From a virus (Duplodnaviria > Caudoviricetes), in the IMG/VR virus record IMGVR_UViG_3300020042_000947, positions 1 through 30,648 of that record: a DNA stretch of 30,648 bases. The stretch is one strand, 5' to 3'. The translations under genes and the position numbers were made by a program. The notes below the pieces were generated by a model. That model saw only the letters and a list, made by a program, of their open reading frames with translations, did not search any database and had not been told where the DNA came from. This document shows, piece by piece, positions 9,111 through 17,819 of the stretch. Every line of letters starts with the position of its first letter. Positions within the stretch are counted from its first letter, which is position 1.

Positions 9111-11879
9111 TTATGCGGGAAGATATTTGTCGGAGCGGCTATTCTTTGCCACTTTGCCTTTGCCGACAGTGCCTCGGCGGGCTTTTTGTACACGATCCAT
9201 CATTGCGTAGAGTTTACGTGCACCAGCTTCAGTTGAGCCATTACCCAACTCAGACACGATGCGTGCAGGGACTACAAATTCACCGTCGGCCAAACGAGCA
9301 GGGCGCTTGCCACCAATCGTTGCAGGGATGGAGTCAGACACACCATCACCGGGGCCACGAAGCAATCTACCGCCGTCGGAGTAACCGCCAAGATCAAACT
9401 GACCACCACCAGCCATAGTCAAAGCAGCTAAGCCGCCACCGGCCATCAAACCACCGTTGGCATCACCACCACCACCCGCAATTACTTCGGTGTTATTACT
9501 ACTGCTACCACCAATATCTTGGGCTTCCCACTTCTTATCTACAGAGTTCCATACCCATTTCTTACCAGCACCGGGGTTATCAACGGGTTCTTTGTCTTGG
9601 TTAGACAGAGCCGCAGCCTTTTCGCCAGCAAGTACGTAAGAAGGTTTTACATAATCAGGGTTAAGCTGATATTTTCCATCTACGTATACGTACTTTTTAG
9701 CAGCTCGGTTCTCTGGGAATCGACCAACAGACTCCCAATATGGCTTTTGAATTTCGCCAGTAGGCGTATATGGGGTAGGTGAGTAAGGGGTTTTGCCCAT
9801 CAAGTAGTCAAGAGCAGCTTTAGAACCACCTGTGGTTTTGTACTTGGCATTAAACTCATCAATTGTTTTTGGTGTGTAAGGGATGTAACCCAAACTGCCA
9901 CCGCCCTTTGTATACGCATTGCGCAAGTCAGTCATACCCGTAAAACCACCTTCGGGGATACCGGGGATGTTGGGACGAGTTGTGATTGTGCCGTTAGGAT
10001 TAACAGTTGTAATACCCGCACCACTTACGCCGGGGGGCAATGCTGTTCCCAATACATCTTCAAGACGGCCTGTGTAACCCGAACCACCTGTGCCGTAACC
10101 AACTTGAGTATTAGTGCCGCCACCGCCAGTATTTGTGCCGCCAATATTGACGTACTTAGTCTCTGTTTTCTTTTCAGCGGCTTTAACTCTGTTGTAGCGG
10201 TCTGTAACGTCTTTAATAGACAAACCAAGAGCTTGCGCCATGTCATTGGCATCGTAGTCGTTGTCGTCCATAAACTTAACCCACTGCTTGTCATAACCAA
10301 ACACGGGGTCTGCAACTACTTTGTCTCTTTCAATTTGTTTAGAAAGATCCAACGCGCCACCAGTCAACGAGTACCCTCTGTTAATCATGTCCTTAGTCCA
10401 ACCGCCATATTTAGGGTCGTTTGCCAAGGCTGCGGCGTAGTACTCATCAGGGCTAATACCTTTTTCAACAAATTGGTTATAAATACCAATCGTGCCTGAA
10501 CCACCTTTGTCCCATGTAGAACCAACAAATGGACTTGCCATACTAGCAATATAACGATTGACAGCCGCAGGATCAGCATTTGTGTCTTTGATTGCTTTGC
10601 CAAGATCTATGTCTTTGTTAACGGGGTCTGATAAGAAACTGCCCATTTGGTCTTCGGTGTAATAAGTGTATGTAGGGGTTGTTACTGCGGTTTGCGCTTG
10701 GGTTGCTGGGGGAGCAGCATATTGAATGTTGCTCATGTCACCTGCGTAACCTAAGTTCTTTGCCACAGTTGCAGCATCTGCTTGACTTAAACCATATTTG
10801 CTTACAACATCTTGTGCATTCATGCCCGCTTTAGCAAGTAGGTCGCTAGCATCTTTGTATCTTCCTTGTTGATACGCTTCAAGAGCTGCATCGCCACCAA
10901 CTAAACTACCCTCGTTACCAGCGTACCCAGCAATACCGCCACGCGCCATACGCACAACGGGCTCACTGCGTTGGGCAAAATCATACATGCCGCCTTGCGC
11001 CATGCCGTTTTGTCTGGGAACATCGTCACCATCACCGTAACCCGCTATACCACCAGCGGCTAGACCCATCAGGCCACCACCTGCTGCTTTAGTAGGCATA
11101 GCTTCGTATGGAGTACCTGCAGTGTATGTACCGCCATAGGGGTCGTAAGAATAGGGGCGAATGTATCCGGGTTTAGTTGCCGTAACGGGCAATTTAGACG
11201 TAACTGCTTGGTCGGCGAGGATAGGTGCAGCGGCTGCCGCTGCGTATTTAAAGTTATCTTTGGTGAGCAGACTTGAGGGGTTATTCTTAGCCGCATCAAA
11301 TCCAGCAGATAATTTATCCATTGGGGAGGCTGCGGCTACACGTTCTGCCACCTGTTGTTGTAGCGCCTGATTAGCTGCTTCTACATTTCCTAAACTCTGA
11401 ATACCAGCATCCGTTACGCCAGCATCCGCTAAGTTAAACGCCATGTCACCAGTAAGTCCGGCCCCAGCTTTAGCAGCCTCACTACCAATAGCTCCCGCCC
11501 CAGCAGTAGCCAAACCTGCCTGCAACCCAGCACCACCATAAGCGCCAAGACCTGCTTGGATACCCTTACCAATATCGCCCGTACGTAAGGCTTGAAGACC
11601 GCCTACAGTCAAAGCCGACGCCATAGGAGTTGCGCCTAGGAAAGCCAAAGACGTGCCCGCAGTCATCGGGGCTAAAGCAAAGCCAATAATTGCTGGAAGC
11701 AACTTATCTAAGATGCCCGCTTCGGGTAGACCCGTCTCAGGATTAATCGTAAGGGAGCCGCCGTGGTTCTCGGCCAAAGCTTGTAGCCCCTGCACTTCAC
11801 GTGGGGACATGTGGATAAGCATCGAGTCAGGGCCGCGACCCTTGGATGCCATGTGGTCGGCTAGTACAGCAAGGCTCAT
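9111..11879 (-). CDS. Putative internal virion (core) protein, 922 aa, with multiple AxGG motifs and C-terminal GPGDGVSDSIPA...LADGEFVVPA domain
   Basis: GAGAGG SD. N-terminal 'GRGPDSMLIH..PREV...GGSLTINPETGLPE' module, a hydrophobic Gly/Ala segment, and a C-terminal module resembling tape-measure protein C-termini. Confidence 0.75.
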   Translation of the reverse strand: MSLAVLADHMASKGRGPDSMLIHMSPREVQGLQALAENHGGSLTINPETGLPEAGILDKLLPAIIGFALAPMTAGTSLAFLGATPMASALTVGGLQALRTGDIGKGIQAGLGAYGGAGLQAGLATAGAGAIGSEAAKAGAGLTGDMAFNLADAGVTDAGIQSLGNVEAANQALQQQVAERVAAASPMDKLSAGFDAAKNNPSSLLTKDNFKYAAAAAAPILADQAVTSKLPVTATKPGYIRPYSYDPYGGTYTAGTPYEAMPTKAAGGGLMGLAAGGIAGYGDGDDVPRQNGMAQGGMYDFAQRSEPVVRMARGGIAGYAGNEGSLVGGDAALEAYQQGRYKDASDLLAKAGMNAQDVVSKYGLSQADAATVAKNLGYAGDMSNIQYAAPPATQAQTAVTTPTYTYYTEDQMGSFLSDPVNKDIDLGKAIKDTNADPAAVNRYIASMASPFVGSTWDKGGSGTIGIYNQFVEKGISPDEYYAAALANDPKYGGWTKDMINRGYSLTGGALDLSKQIERDKVVADPVFGYDKQWVKFMDDNDYDANDMAQALGLSIKDVTDRYNRVKAAEKKTETKYVNIGGTNTGGGGTNTQVGYGTGGSGYTGRLEDVLGTALPPGVSGAGITTVNPNGTITTRPNIPGIPEGGFTGMTDLRNAYTKGGGSLGYIPYTPKTIDEFNAKYKTTGGSKAALDYLMGKTPYSPTPYTPTGEIQKPYWESVGRFPENRAAKKYVYVDGKYQLNPDYVKPSYVLAGEKAAALSNQDKEPVDNPGAGKKWVWNSVDKKWEAQDIGGSSSNNTEVIAGGGGDANGGLMAGGGLAALTMAGGGQFDLGGYSDGGRLLRGPGDGVSDSIPATIGGKRPARLADGEFVVPARIVSELGNGSTEAGARKLYAMMDRVQKARRGTVGKGKVAKNSRSDKYLPA

Positions 11880-11907
11880 GGTTGCCTCTCAAAATGGGGG
11901 TTGTTTG

Positions 11908-11936
11908 ATAATATCATGCTGGGAGCGCAGACACAA
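11908..11936 (-). promoter_or_regulatory. Putative sigma70-type promoter for the ejection-protein module
   Basis: TTGTGT (11936-11931), 17-nt spacer, TATTAT (11913-11908), with an extended -10 TGn. It lies about 30 nt upstream of the 922-aa gene start. Confidence 0.5.
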
Positions 11937-12555
11937 ATGAAAGTGTGGCTACGACGGATTGCGTAGAAGGCTTAGTAGGCGTGCCGGAAGCGGCAAGGTG
12001 CTGGATAGTTACAGCAACGTTAGGCACAGACCAGTAAATCTCAACGTGGTCACCTGCTGCCATATTTAAAAAATAGTTCCAGCCAACAATTGCGTGTCCG
12101 TCCGTGCCAGCGTGTCTGTTTGGGATAGACACAAAACCTGTTGAGCCTGTAATGTCTTCGCCGTTTTGACGTAGCCAGATGTAGACATCTTGGAAGGCTG
12201 TGTCTGTGTTTCTAAACTGAGCGCTGAACTGCAGGTTGTATATACCAGCGTACTCCACAGTAATTTCAGAGTTGACGATCCTTACGCTATCAGCAAAGTC
12301 AGTGGTGTTGAACGTCATCAACGTAGCAGTGTTTGCTACAGCCGTCTGGTCTTGGTCGCTGGAAAACGCTCCGTATGGGTTCGCCACATACTTGCCACCC
12401 GTCGGGCCAAACAACTCACCAAACGCATTTTGCAGTTGGTTAAAGTAAAGACGCAAGACGTTCGTAAACTGATCCTGATACCTGCGCTCGTACTGATCCG
12501 TGCCCAGTGGTAAGTTGGGCGGTGCAGGGGTAAGAATTCTGTTCTTGGATGTCAT
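11914..12555 (-). CDS. Virion protein with C-terminal C1q/TNF-like (BclA-CTD-like) beta-sandwich, 213 aa
   Basis: N-terminal helical 'APPNLP...YQDQFTNVLRLYFNQL'. C-terminal pattern 'ITVEYAGIYNLQFSAQF...AAGDHVEIYW' resembles C1q-like domains. Coupled to the upstream gene by TGATG. Confidence 0.65.
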   Translation of the reverse strand: MTSKNRILTPAPPNLPLGTDQYERRYQDQFTNVLRLYFNQLQNAFGELFGPTGGKYVANPYGAFSSDQDQTAVANTATLMTFNTTDFADSVRIVNSEITVEYAGIYNLQFSAQFRNTDTAFQDVYIWLRQNGEDITGSTGFVSIPNRHAGTDGHAIVGWNYFLNMAAGDHVEIYWSVPNVAVTIQHLAASGTPTKPSTQSVVATLSFVSALPA

Positions 12556-14615
12556 CAGCGCCTACCGTCAGGACGAATATCTATACGCGGCGCACCCAAC
12601 TGCCAGACTGTGTTGATCTGATTAGAGCTAATCTTAAAGATCATCTGGCGACCGCGCATGCGCGTGAAGATCATGCCGGTAAACTGCTCAGTAATCACGT
12701 ACGTACTGCTCTTGGCCACAGGTTGTGAGGCAGAACTTGTAACCCCAGACCCAGAATTAGCCAAGCCGTACAGCGTCATGTCCACAGAAGGCACGGCTCC
12801 CGTGGGTGAGTTCTCAGCGTTCTCAAAGGTCAGATCAGGAAGGACGCGCCACACAAAACCAAAATTATGTCCATCACCAATGTCAAACTCTGAGGATGAA
12901 ATGTAGGCATCAATAGCGGTAGTTGTTCCTGTTTCATTGTTGTTTAGCCCATTCTCGTGGAACACCAAGTTGTTGCTGTACGTAGCCGCTAAGGGGTAAT
13001 CAAGCAAGCCAGAATCTAACCACGCTGTCCGTGCCATCGTGCCAAAGTACCAGATTTTTTCTAGGTAGTTGTAAATTACGTAACGGTCAATGGTGAATGA
13101 GTTGGCAGAGCAATAGAACCACCAAACTTCGTTAAAGCCTTCGTTCGTACCAGCAAACACCTGCGCGGCTTGGGATTGATTAAAGTCTCCAAATATGTGG
13201 CGACGCAGGTCGCAGTTAAGCGTTTGCACACGGCCATCGTAGGAGTAGAACTTGTCCACGCCCATCCAGTACACAATACCAGAGGCAATCACAGCGGCGT
13301 TGGGGCCTTCGATAGAGATGTTGTCACTCATCAATTGGGGTGCCCAGACGTAAGGGGGCCCGAGGTATTGCAGTGAATACACAGCCGAGTCGGTAAACAT
13401 CAACACCTCTTGACGGGTCTGAACTGTGGCCACAATTTCAGAGCCGTGGGACACCCGTACAAAACCTGCTTGGTTAGTCGGGTCAGGCGTCCAGTTGTAC
13501 GGGTCATCCTGCGCTGACCAGCGAATCAGCATGGGGTCAAGAGTTGCACTGCCGTAGTCGTTGCAACCAAACACAATAATAAAACGAGAAGAGTCCGACA
13601 CAATTATGCTGTTCTGAACAGTCGGCACGTCAACAATAGTGGACACAGAGCCCGTGCCTGAAGAAGTTGTGTTAACAACCGCACCTGAGCCATCTAGTAA
13701 CTTAAACGTCAAGCCATTTACTTCAAACACATAGTAAGTAGTGCCCGCAGTAATACCCGTTGGTAACGAGCCGCCAGAGAATTTAAGCGCCGCGCCTTCG
13801 GTATAGAGAACTGTTGATGTTACGACAGTAGGAGATGCGTTGGTAAACGAAACTGTGCCACCAAGGGAGTTGAGCAGTACACCGCGAGTTGTCAACCCGC
13901 CCGTTGCATCCCAGTAGTACAAGCCACCACCACGAGGGCCAAAGACCAAATCTTCACCGTAGTTAATCTGGCTCCAAAGCTGTAAGCCGGTAACAGACGT
14001 TGTACCTACACCCCAAGCACCAGCACCCCAAGCACCAGCGCCCCAACCTACAAGCGGAACAGCATACGCAGGGCCAGCATTAAGTTGGTAAGCTGCAACA
14101 ACAGCCGAGCCACCCGTTGCCCCTGCCGCAACCACAGATGATGTTGTAATTGTGTAGGAGTTGGCGTTAACAAGCGTAATCTGGAACTCGGCATTTAGAA
14201 CAGATGCGTACGTACCCGTAACGCCACTGAAAGTAACAAAAGAGCCGTCAGTTGCACCATGCGCCGTAGCCGTCACCGTGACTGTGGTTGTGCCGTTACC
14301 TGTAAAAGGGTCTGTGCCAAGCGTAACTGTTGTGCGGAGAGGCGTAATGTCGTAGTACGCACCACCATTTTGAATATAGAACTTTGTATTAGTTCCAACG
14401 CCTACTAGGTTGAGGTTGCCAAGCGTTGTCCAGTTCCAAAGAGAACGGCAAGTGCCATTAAATGTGTTCGAGGAGATGCGTTGCCAGCCACCTAAAATCT
14501 CGGGGTTGCCTTGACGGAAGCGAATTTTGTCGCAGTCATACCATCCACCCTCGGTGGTGTAGCGGGTGTTTTCTTTGTTGACCCCCGGCTTGAACAGTAT
14601 TTTTTGTAATGGCAT
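12555..14615 (-). CDS. Tail nozzle / DNA stabilization protein (P22 gp10 / T7 gp12-like role), 686 aa
   Basis: Beta-propeller-like motifs (LIRWSAQDD, VYWMGVDKFYSYDG, EVWWFY), C-terminal 'RGRQMIFKI...WQLG.PRIDIRPDGRR', and a position directly upstream of the ejection genes. Confidence 0.75.
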   Translation of the reverse strand: MPLQKILFKPGVNKENTRYTTEGGWYDCDKIRFRQGNPEILGGWQRISSNTFNGTCRSLWNWTTLGNLNLVGVGTNTKFYIQNGGAYYDITPLRTTVTLGTDPFTGNGTTTVTVTATAHGATDGSFVTFSGVTGTYASVLNAEFQITLVNANSYTITTSSVVAAGATGGSAVVAAYQLNAGPAYAVPLVGWGAGAWGAGAWGVGTTSVTGLQLWSQINYGEDLVFGPRGGGLYYWDATGGLTTRGVLLNSLGGTVSFTNASPTVVTSTVLYTEGAALKFSGGSLPTGITAGTTYYVFEVNGLTFKLLDGSGAVVNTTSSGTGSVSTIVDVPTVQNSIIVSDSSRFIIVFGCNDYGSATLDPMLIRWSAQDDPYNWTPDPTNQAGFVRVSHGSEIVATVQTRQEVLMFTDSAVYSLQYLGPPYVWAPQLMSDNISIEGPNAAVIASGIVYWMGVDKFYSYDGRVQTLNCDLRRHIFGDFNQSQAAQVFAGTNEGFNEVWWFYCSANSFTIDRYVIYNYLEKIWYFGTMARTAWLDSGLLDYPLAATYSNNLVFHENGLNNNETGTTTAIDAYISSSEFDIGDGHNFGFVWRVLPDLTFENAENSPTGAVPSVDMTLYGLANSGSGVTSSASQPVAKSSTYVITEQFTGMIFTRMRGRQMIFKISSNQINTVWQLGAPRIDIRPDGRR

Positions 14616-14618
14616 CGG

Positions 14619-15077
14619 TCAATCCAGTAAGGCGCACTCAGCCGTGCGGCGTTTTAACAAGCCCGGCAAAACCTTGCCGCCACCTTTAGTCCAGAGCATC
14701 AGTTGTTCCTTGGCCCCTTCCCAATCATTGGCGTTGATTTTCCTCTTTAACGTGCTTGTTTGCAAGCGCCCAATGCCCAAGTTGTAACAGAAATCTACGA
14801 TGGCGTTTAGCTTCCTTGGATCACCTTGAGCGGCAATCACCAGCAGGTTTGGACAATGCCTTACTGCACCGGGTGCGTAGGTGTGTAGGAGTTCTGTCAT
14901 CAACAGCGCTCTGGCTGTCGGTTCGTCCATCGGAGGGTCTTCCAATGTTACCTTGCGCCCATCGGCGTAGTAGGTGGAACCATACCCGATTGTGGCTACG
15001 TTAGCTGGACACAGGTACGGCTTGGCCCGATAGCCTTCAAACCGGCGGCACAGTTCAGCGGCTAAGTCTAGGTTCAT
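14619..15077 (-). CDS. Endolysin, GH24 phage lysozyme (muramidase), 152 aa
   Basis: FEG...YLCPANVATIGYGST catalytic region (E-x8-C-x5-T), 'AIVDFCYNLG' and 'GGKVLPGLLKRRTAE' are GH24 signatures. Confidence 0.93.
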   Translation of the reverse strand: MNLDLAAELCRRFEGYRAKPYLCPANVATIGYGSTYYADGRKVTLEDPPMDEPTARALLMTELLHTYAPGAVRHCPNLLVIAAQGDPRKLNAIVDFCYNLGIGRLQTSTLKRKINANDWEGAKEQLMLWTKGGGKVLPGLLKRRTAECALLD

Positions 15078-15568
15078 ATTCCGCGCTGTTTCAGAGTTCT
15101 ATCGAGGAACCAATAGTTAATTGTTCCAGACAGCAGGGCTGAAAAGTCAGGCGACATCATGGTTTTAAACACCTCTACTGCTGGCGCACCGGCAAGCCAT
15201 GCATTCCATGCAAACCAAACGTGCACAAAAGACCAGACAAACAATATCCAATATGTAACGACTGGACGCACGGATGCAGACAGACTAGCCGCCCAGCCAC
15301 CCGCCGCTTTGACCATCTCAGCTTGCTGATTGATTGCAGCATTAAAGGCATCCATGACACCAACGTCAATTGCAGCTTCTCTTTGAGCGCCAATCTCGGC
15401 TAACTTCTGCTGACCACGGATTTGCTCCAACTCGCACTGACGGCTAAACATTGCCATCTCATGCAAGCGCTCGTTCTTCTTGTCAAAAAACTTCAAGACT
15501 TCAGGGGCCAGACGGAAGATACCGCCAAAGACCCCGCCCAAAATACCACCGCCTAGAACTTCAAACAT
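15074..15568 (-). CDS. Putative holin (GTA 3TM-holin-like), 164 aa
   Basis: Gly-rich hydrophobic N-terminus, coiled coil, 'SVRPVVTY' followed by TM segments and '..YWFLDR' with a basic tail. Immediately upstream of the lysozyme. Confidence 0.65.
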   Translation of the reverse strand: MFEVLGGGILGGVFGGIFRLAPEVLKFFDKKNERLHEMAMFSRQCELEQIRGQQKLAEIGAQREAAIDVGVMDAFNAAINQQAEMVKAAGGWAASLSASVRPVVTYWILFVWSFVHVWFAWNAWLAGAPAVEVFKTMMSPDFSALLSGTINYWFLDRTLKQRGI

Positions 15569-16034
15569 TTGATTCCTTAATCGTAAACATTAGATTCTTA
15601 TGTGACGGGTAGTTCACAATGACTTCACCTTCTGGGCACTTGTATTTAATGTGCGCCATCAAAGTAGCAACGCCGGGCGTCACTTGTGAAGTCGTGTCTA
15701 ATTTGAACTTATACCCAAACTTATCCACTGTGTCGCTGGCTGGGCCTGAAAACGTAGCAATGCTAGGCTTGGCTGGGTGTACGACCAACTCAGAATCCCG
15801 CACTTCTAGTTTAAACGAGATAACTTCGCAATCGTCCCTGATCTTTTGCCGAGCCACTACAGCTTTAAACTCGCCGTTTGCAGGCGCATCAGATATTTGG
15901 AAGTGCTCTGGTGCCCACTTGAGAATGTCTTTATGGAACACACCAAACTTGTCGGCAAGCGTATAGCCCCCACCAATCATGGCAGTTGAGGCAGTTACTG
16001 CGCCAATAATCTTGGTGTAATACTCAAGTTCCAT
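15561..16034 (-). CDS. Membrane-anchored exported protein in lysis cassette, 157 aa
   Basis: Likely start ATG at 16034 (MELEYYTK). Weakly hydrophobic N-terminal helix followed by a beta-rich domain with two Cys. Confidence 0.7.
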   Translation of the reverse strand: MELEYYTKIIGAVTASTAMIGGGYTLADKFGVFHKDILKWAPEHFQISDAPANGEFKAVVARQKIRDDCEVISFKLEVRDSELVVHPAKPSIATFSGPASDTVDKFGYKFKLDTTSQVTPGVATLMAHIKYKCPEGEVIVNYPSHKNLMFTIKESNV

Positions 16035-16035
16035 T

Positions 16036-16128
16036 TCATCCCCAAATCCACACAAGGGTAAACGTTCCCCACACAACTAAGATGGCGATAAAGGCCGCAA
16101 CGATAAACGCTTCAGCCCAGTCACGCAT
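16036..16128 (-). CDS. 30-aa single-TM peptide (MRDWAEAFIVAAFIAILVVWGTFTLVWIWG)
   Basis: GGAG SD upstream. It fills the gap between flanking genes exactly and is almost entirely hydrophobic. Confidence 0.65.
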   Translation of the reverse strand: MRDWAEAFIVAAFIAILVVWGTFTLVWIWG

Positions 16129-16130
16129 GG

Positions 16131-16283
16131 TTACTCCGGTGCAGGCTCTTTTGGAAGTTGTGCTTCTGCCTGACCCTTGATGTTTATCAAGAGGGGGTAT
16201 GCGTTGCTCTTAGTTGGCAGGTCGCCAAGCACTTGCAATATGGCAGAGACTTCTTCCAAAGAAAGCTTCAAGTTAATTTCCAT
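16131..16283 (-). CDS. Small hypothetical protein, 50 aa (MEINLKLSLEEVSAILQVLGDLPTKSNAYPLL...)
   Basis: TGATG overlap with the upstream gene. Helical small protein of a type commonly found after tail fibre genes. Confidence 0.75.
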   Translation of the reverse strand: MEINLKLSLEEVSAILQVLGDLPTKSNAYPLLINIKGQAEAQLPKEPAPE

Positions 16284-16600
16284 CAGGCGCTCCAAGGCAG
16301 TGGCGGTGTTTGAACTGTAGGCGCAATTTGTTGTTGAATCTGTTGCTCAACAGCCGCTTCAGTTGCCGCTTTATCAACACCATTGGCATAAATCCAGCCA
16401 AGAACTTGGTCTTGAGTCAGATTGGCGTAGGGTGTAAAAGAGCCAGATGGCGCAGGCACTGAGCAGGTCGAGTACACACTGCCGTACGTGTCAGCAAAAA
16501 CACCAGAGCAAGTCCAGTGCACCGTGAAGACGACATTGTTGTTGCCGCCTTCTTGCGTGTAGCAGTCCATTGCTGTAACTGTCCAAGTAATCGTAGTCAT
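16283..16600 (-). CDS. Tail fibre-associated (assembly chaperone-like) protein, 105 aa
   Basis: 'WTVTAMDC...VVFTVHW...FTPYANLTQDQVLGWI...PLPW' pattern is common downstream of phage fibre genes. Confidence 0.7.
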   Translation of the reverse strand: MTTITWTVTAMDCYTQEGGNNNVVFTVHWTCSGVFADTYGSVYSTCSVPAPSGSFTPYANLTQDQVLGWIYANGVDKAATEAAVEQQIQQQIAPTVQTPPLPWSA

Positions 16601-16752
16601 ACTGTTTCTTCCTCTATGTTTGCGGCTTGTTTAAGTTCTTCAAGTACATCATCCCAATCGTGACCGCCCATGTCTGGGAAGTAACTGTTCTGAACACATC
16701 GTGATGCGTACTCTAAAGCGTAATAGGCTTTTTCCAATAGTTCTTTGTTCAT
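16597..16752 (-). CDS. Small hypothetical protein, 51 aa (MNKELLEKAYYALEYASRCVQNSYFPDMGGHDW...)
   Basis: AAGGA SD and ATGA overlap with the downstream gene. Below the ORF-track size cutoff. Confidence 0.7.
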   Translation of the reverse strand: MNKELLEKAYYALEYASRCVQNSYFPDMGGHDWDDVLEELKQAANIEEETV

Positions 16753-16761
16753 GCTCATCCT

Positions 16762-17112
16762 TTAAATTGCGTTTAACGCATCAAGTTTATCCCAAAAAAA
16801 GTCTGCGGCGGCGGTCGCGTTAAATGGGGTCATAGCGGGCAAGCTATTGCTTGGCTCGTATCTTGTATCAGGTGAATTCCTAATTTCTTCGACGGAAGTC
16901 AAATACAAAACTAAATCTTGTTTTGTAGAAATAACGTCAAAAGCGCCAATCGCGTCTTTTTTTGAAATCCCAAGAAGCAAAAACTCTTGTGGCGAACTGT
17001 GCGTTTTTGTGTCAACAGCATGTAGACCACATAAGCTATCTGAGTCGGAAAATACAAAATCAGGAATTGCCCCTTGTTCAGTTAAACGATATTTAATGCA
17101 TTTGTGTGCCAT
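16762..17112 (-). CDS. Hypothetical protein, 116 aa
   Basis: AAGGAG SD; tightly packed in the AT-rich cassette. Confidence 0.75.
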   Translation of the reverse strand: MAHKCIKYRLTEQGAIPDFVFSDSDSLCGLHAVDTKTHSSPQEFLLLGISKKDAIGAFDVISTKQDLVLYLTSVEEIRNSPDTRYEPSNSLPAMTPFNATAAADFFWDKLDALNAI

Positions 17113-17114
17113 GT

Positions 17115-17819
17115 TTACACTCCTTGGGAATATTGCCCAGAAAAAAGATACGACCCAAAGTGTCCAAGTTCACACCAAGGCGCGGCCCAAACTTCTCCAC
17201 CATGCTGGCGATACATATGACAAAAAAAGTAATCTTCTGACAACAACACATTGTCTATATTATTAACTTGAAAAAAATTGTAAATTTTTTCTTTATTGTT
17301 TTGGTGGGTTTTTCCGTAATACCACCCAACAGTTGGCTCAAGTTTTTTAAATACATCGCGGTGTATCAACATAAAACCCGTACCCACATGTTTAACTTGA
17401 AACGGTAAATTAACGTCAGTCATAGAATGACCTTCTAGCGGCTCGACATTAAAAATGCCAGTAAGCTTAGATAAATCGGGGTGGTTTAAAACCGCGCCTT
17501 GTCTAACACGTTTCCAATCAATCCCTTTCATTGGAACGCATCCCGCAATTACCCCTTTATCTGCTTTAATCATTTTTGCAATATCATTTGCCAAAAATTT
17601 TTGGTCGGCGTCTATAAACATTAAATAGTCAGCAGTAGACTGCAAAAAGTAATGCGCTACAGTATTTCTGGCTCTTTGAATAAGACTTTCATTGCCAAGA
17701 AAAATTCCAGTCATTTCAATGTTGCTTTTGTTACACGCATCTTTTAAAGCAAGCATTGACTGGGTGTATTCTGAGGTACACATGCCACCATACATTGGAG
17801 TGCCAATAGCAATGTGCAT
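17115..17819 (-). CDS. Glycosyltransferase, GT-A fold (GT2-like), 234 aa
   Basis: N-terminal 'IAIGTPMYGG', 'ESLIQRARN', DxD motif 'MFIDAD', 'VGTGFMLIHRDVF', 'LSEDYFFC' and 'LGHFG'. Confidence 0.82.
   Translation of the reverse strand: MHIAIGTPMYGGMCTSEYTQSMLALKDACNKSNIEMTGIFLGNESLIQRARNTVAHYFLQSTADYLMFIDADQKFLANDIAKMIKADKGVIAGCVPMKGIDWKRVRQGAVLNHPDLSKLTGIFNVEPLEGHSMTDVNLPFQVKHVGTGFMLIHRDVFKKLEPTVGWYYGKTHQNNKEKIYNFFQVNNIDNVLLSEDYFFCHMYRQHGGEVWAAPWCELGHFGSYLFSGQYSQGV

Noticed and set aside
9111-11879. Calling the 922-aa protein a tape measure protein
   Set aside because: Only the C-terminal motif matches. There are no tube or tail-assembly chaperone genes nearby, and the context (nozzle followed by ejection genes) is podovirus-like.
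16035-16076. ORF-track start of the 171-aa ORF (MCGERLPLC...)
   Set aside because: It overlaps the more plausible 30-aa TM ORF. The ATG at 16034 directly follows that ORF's stop.
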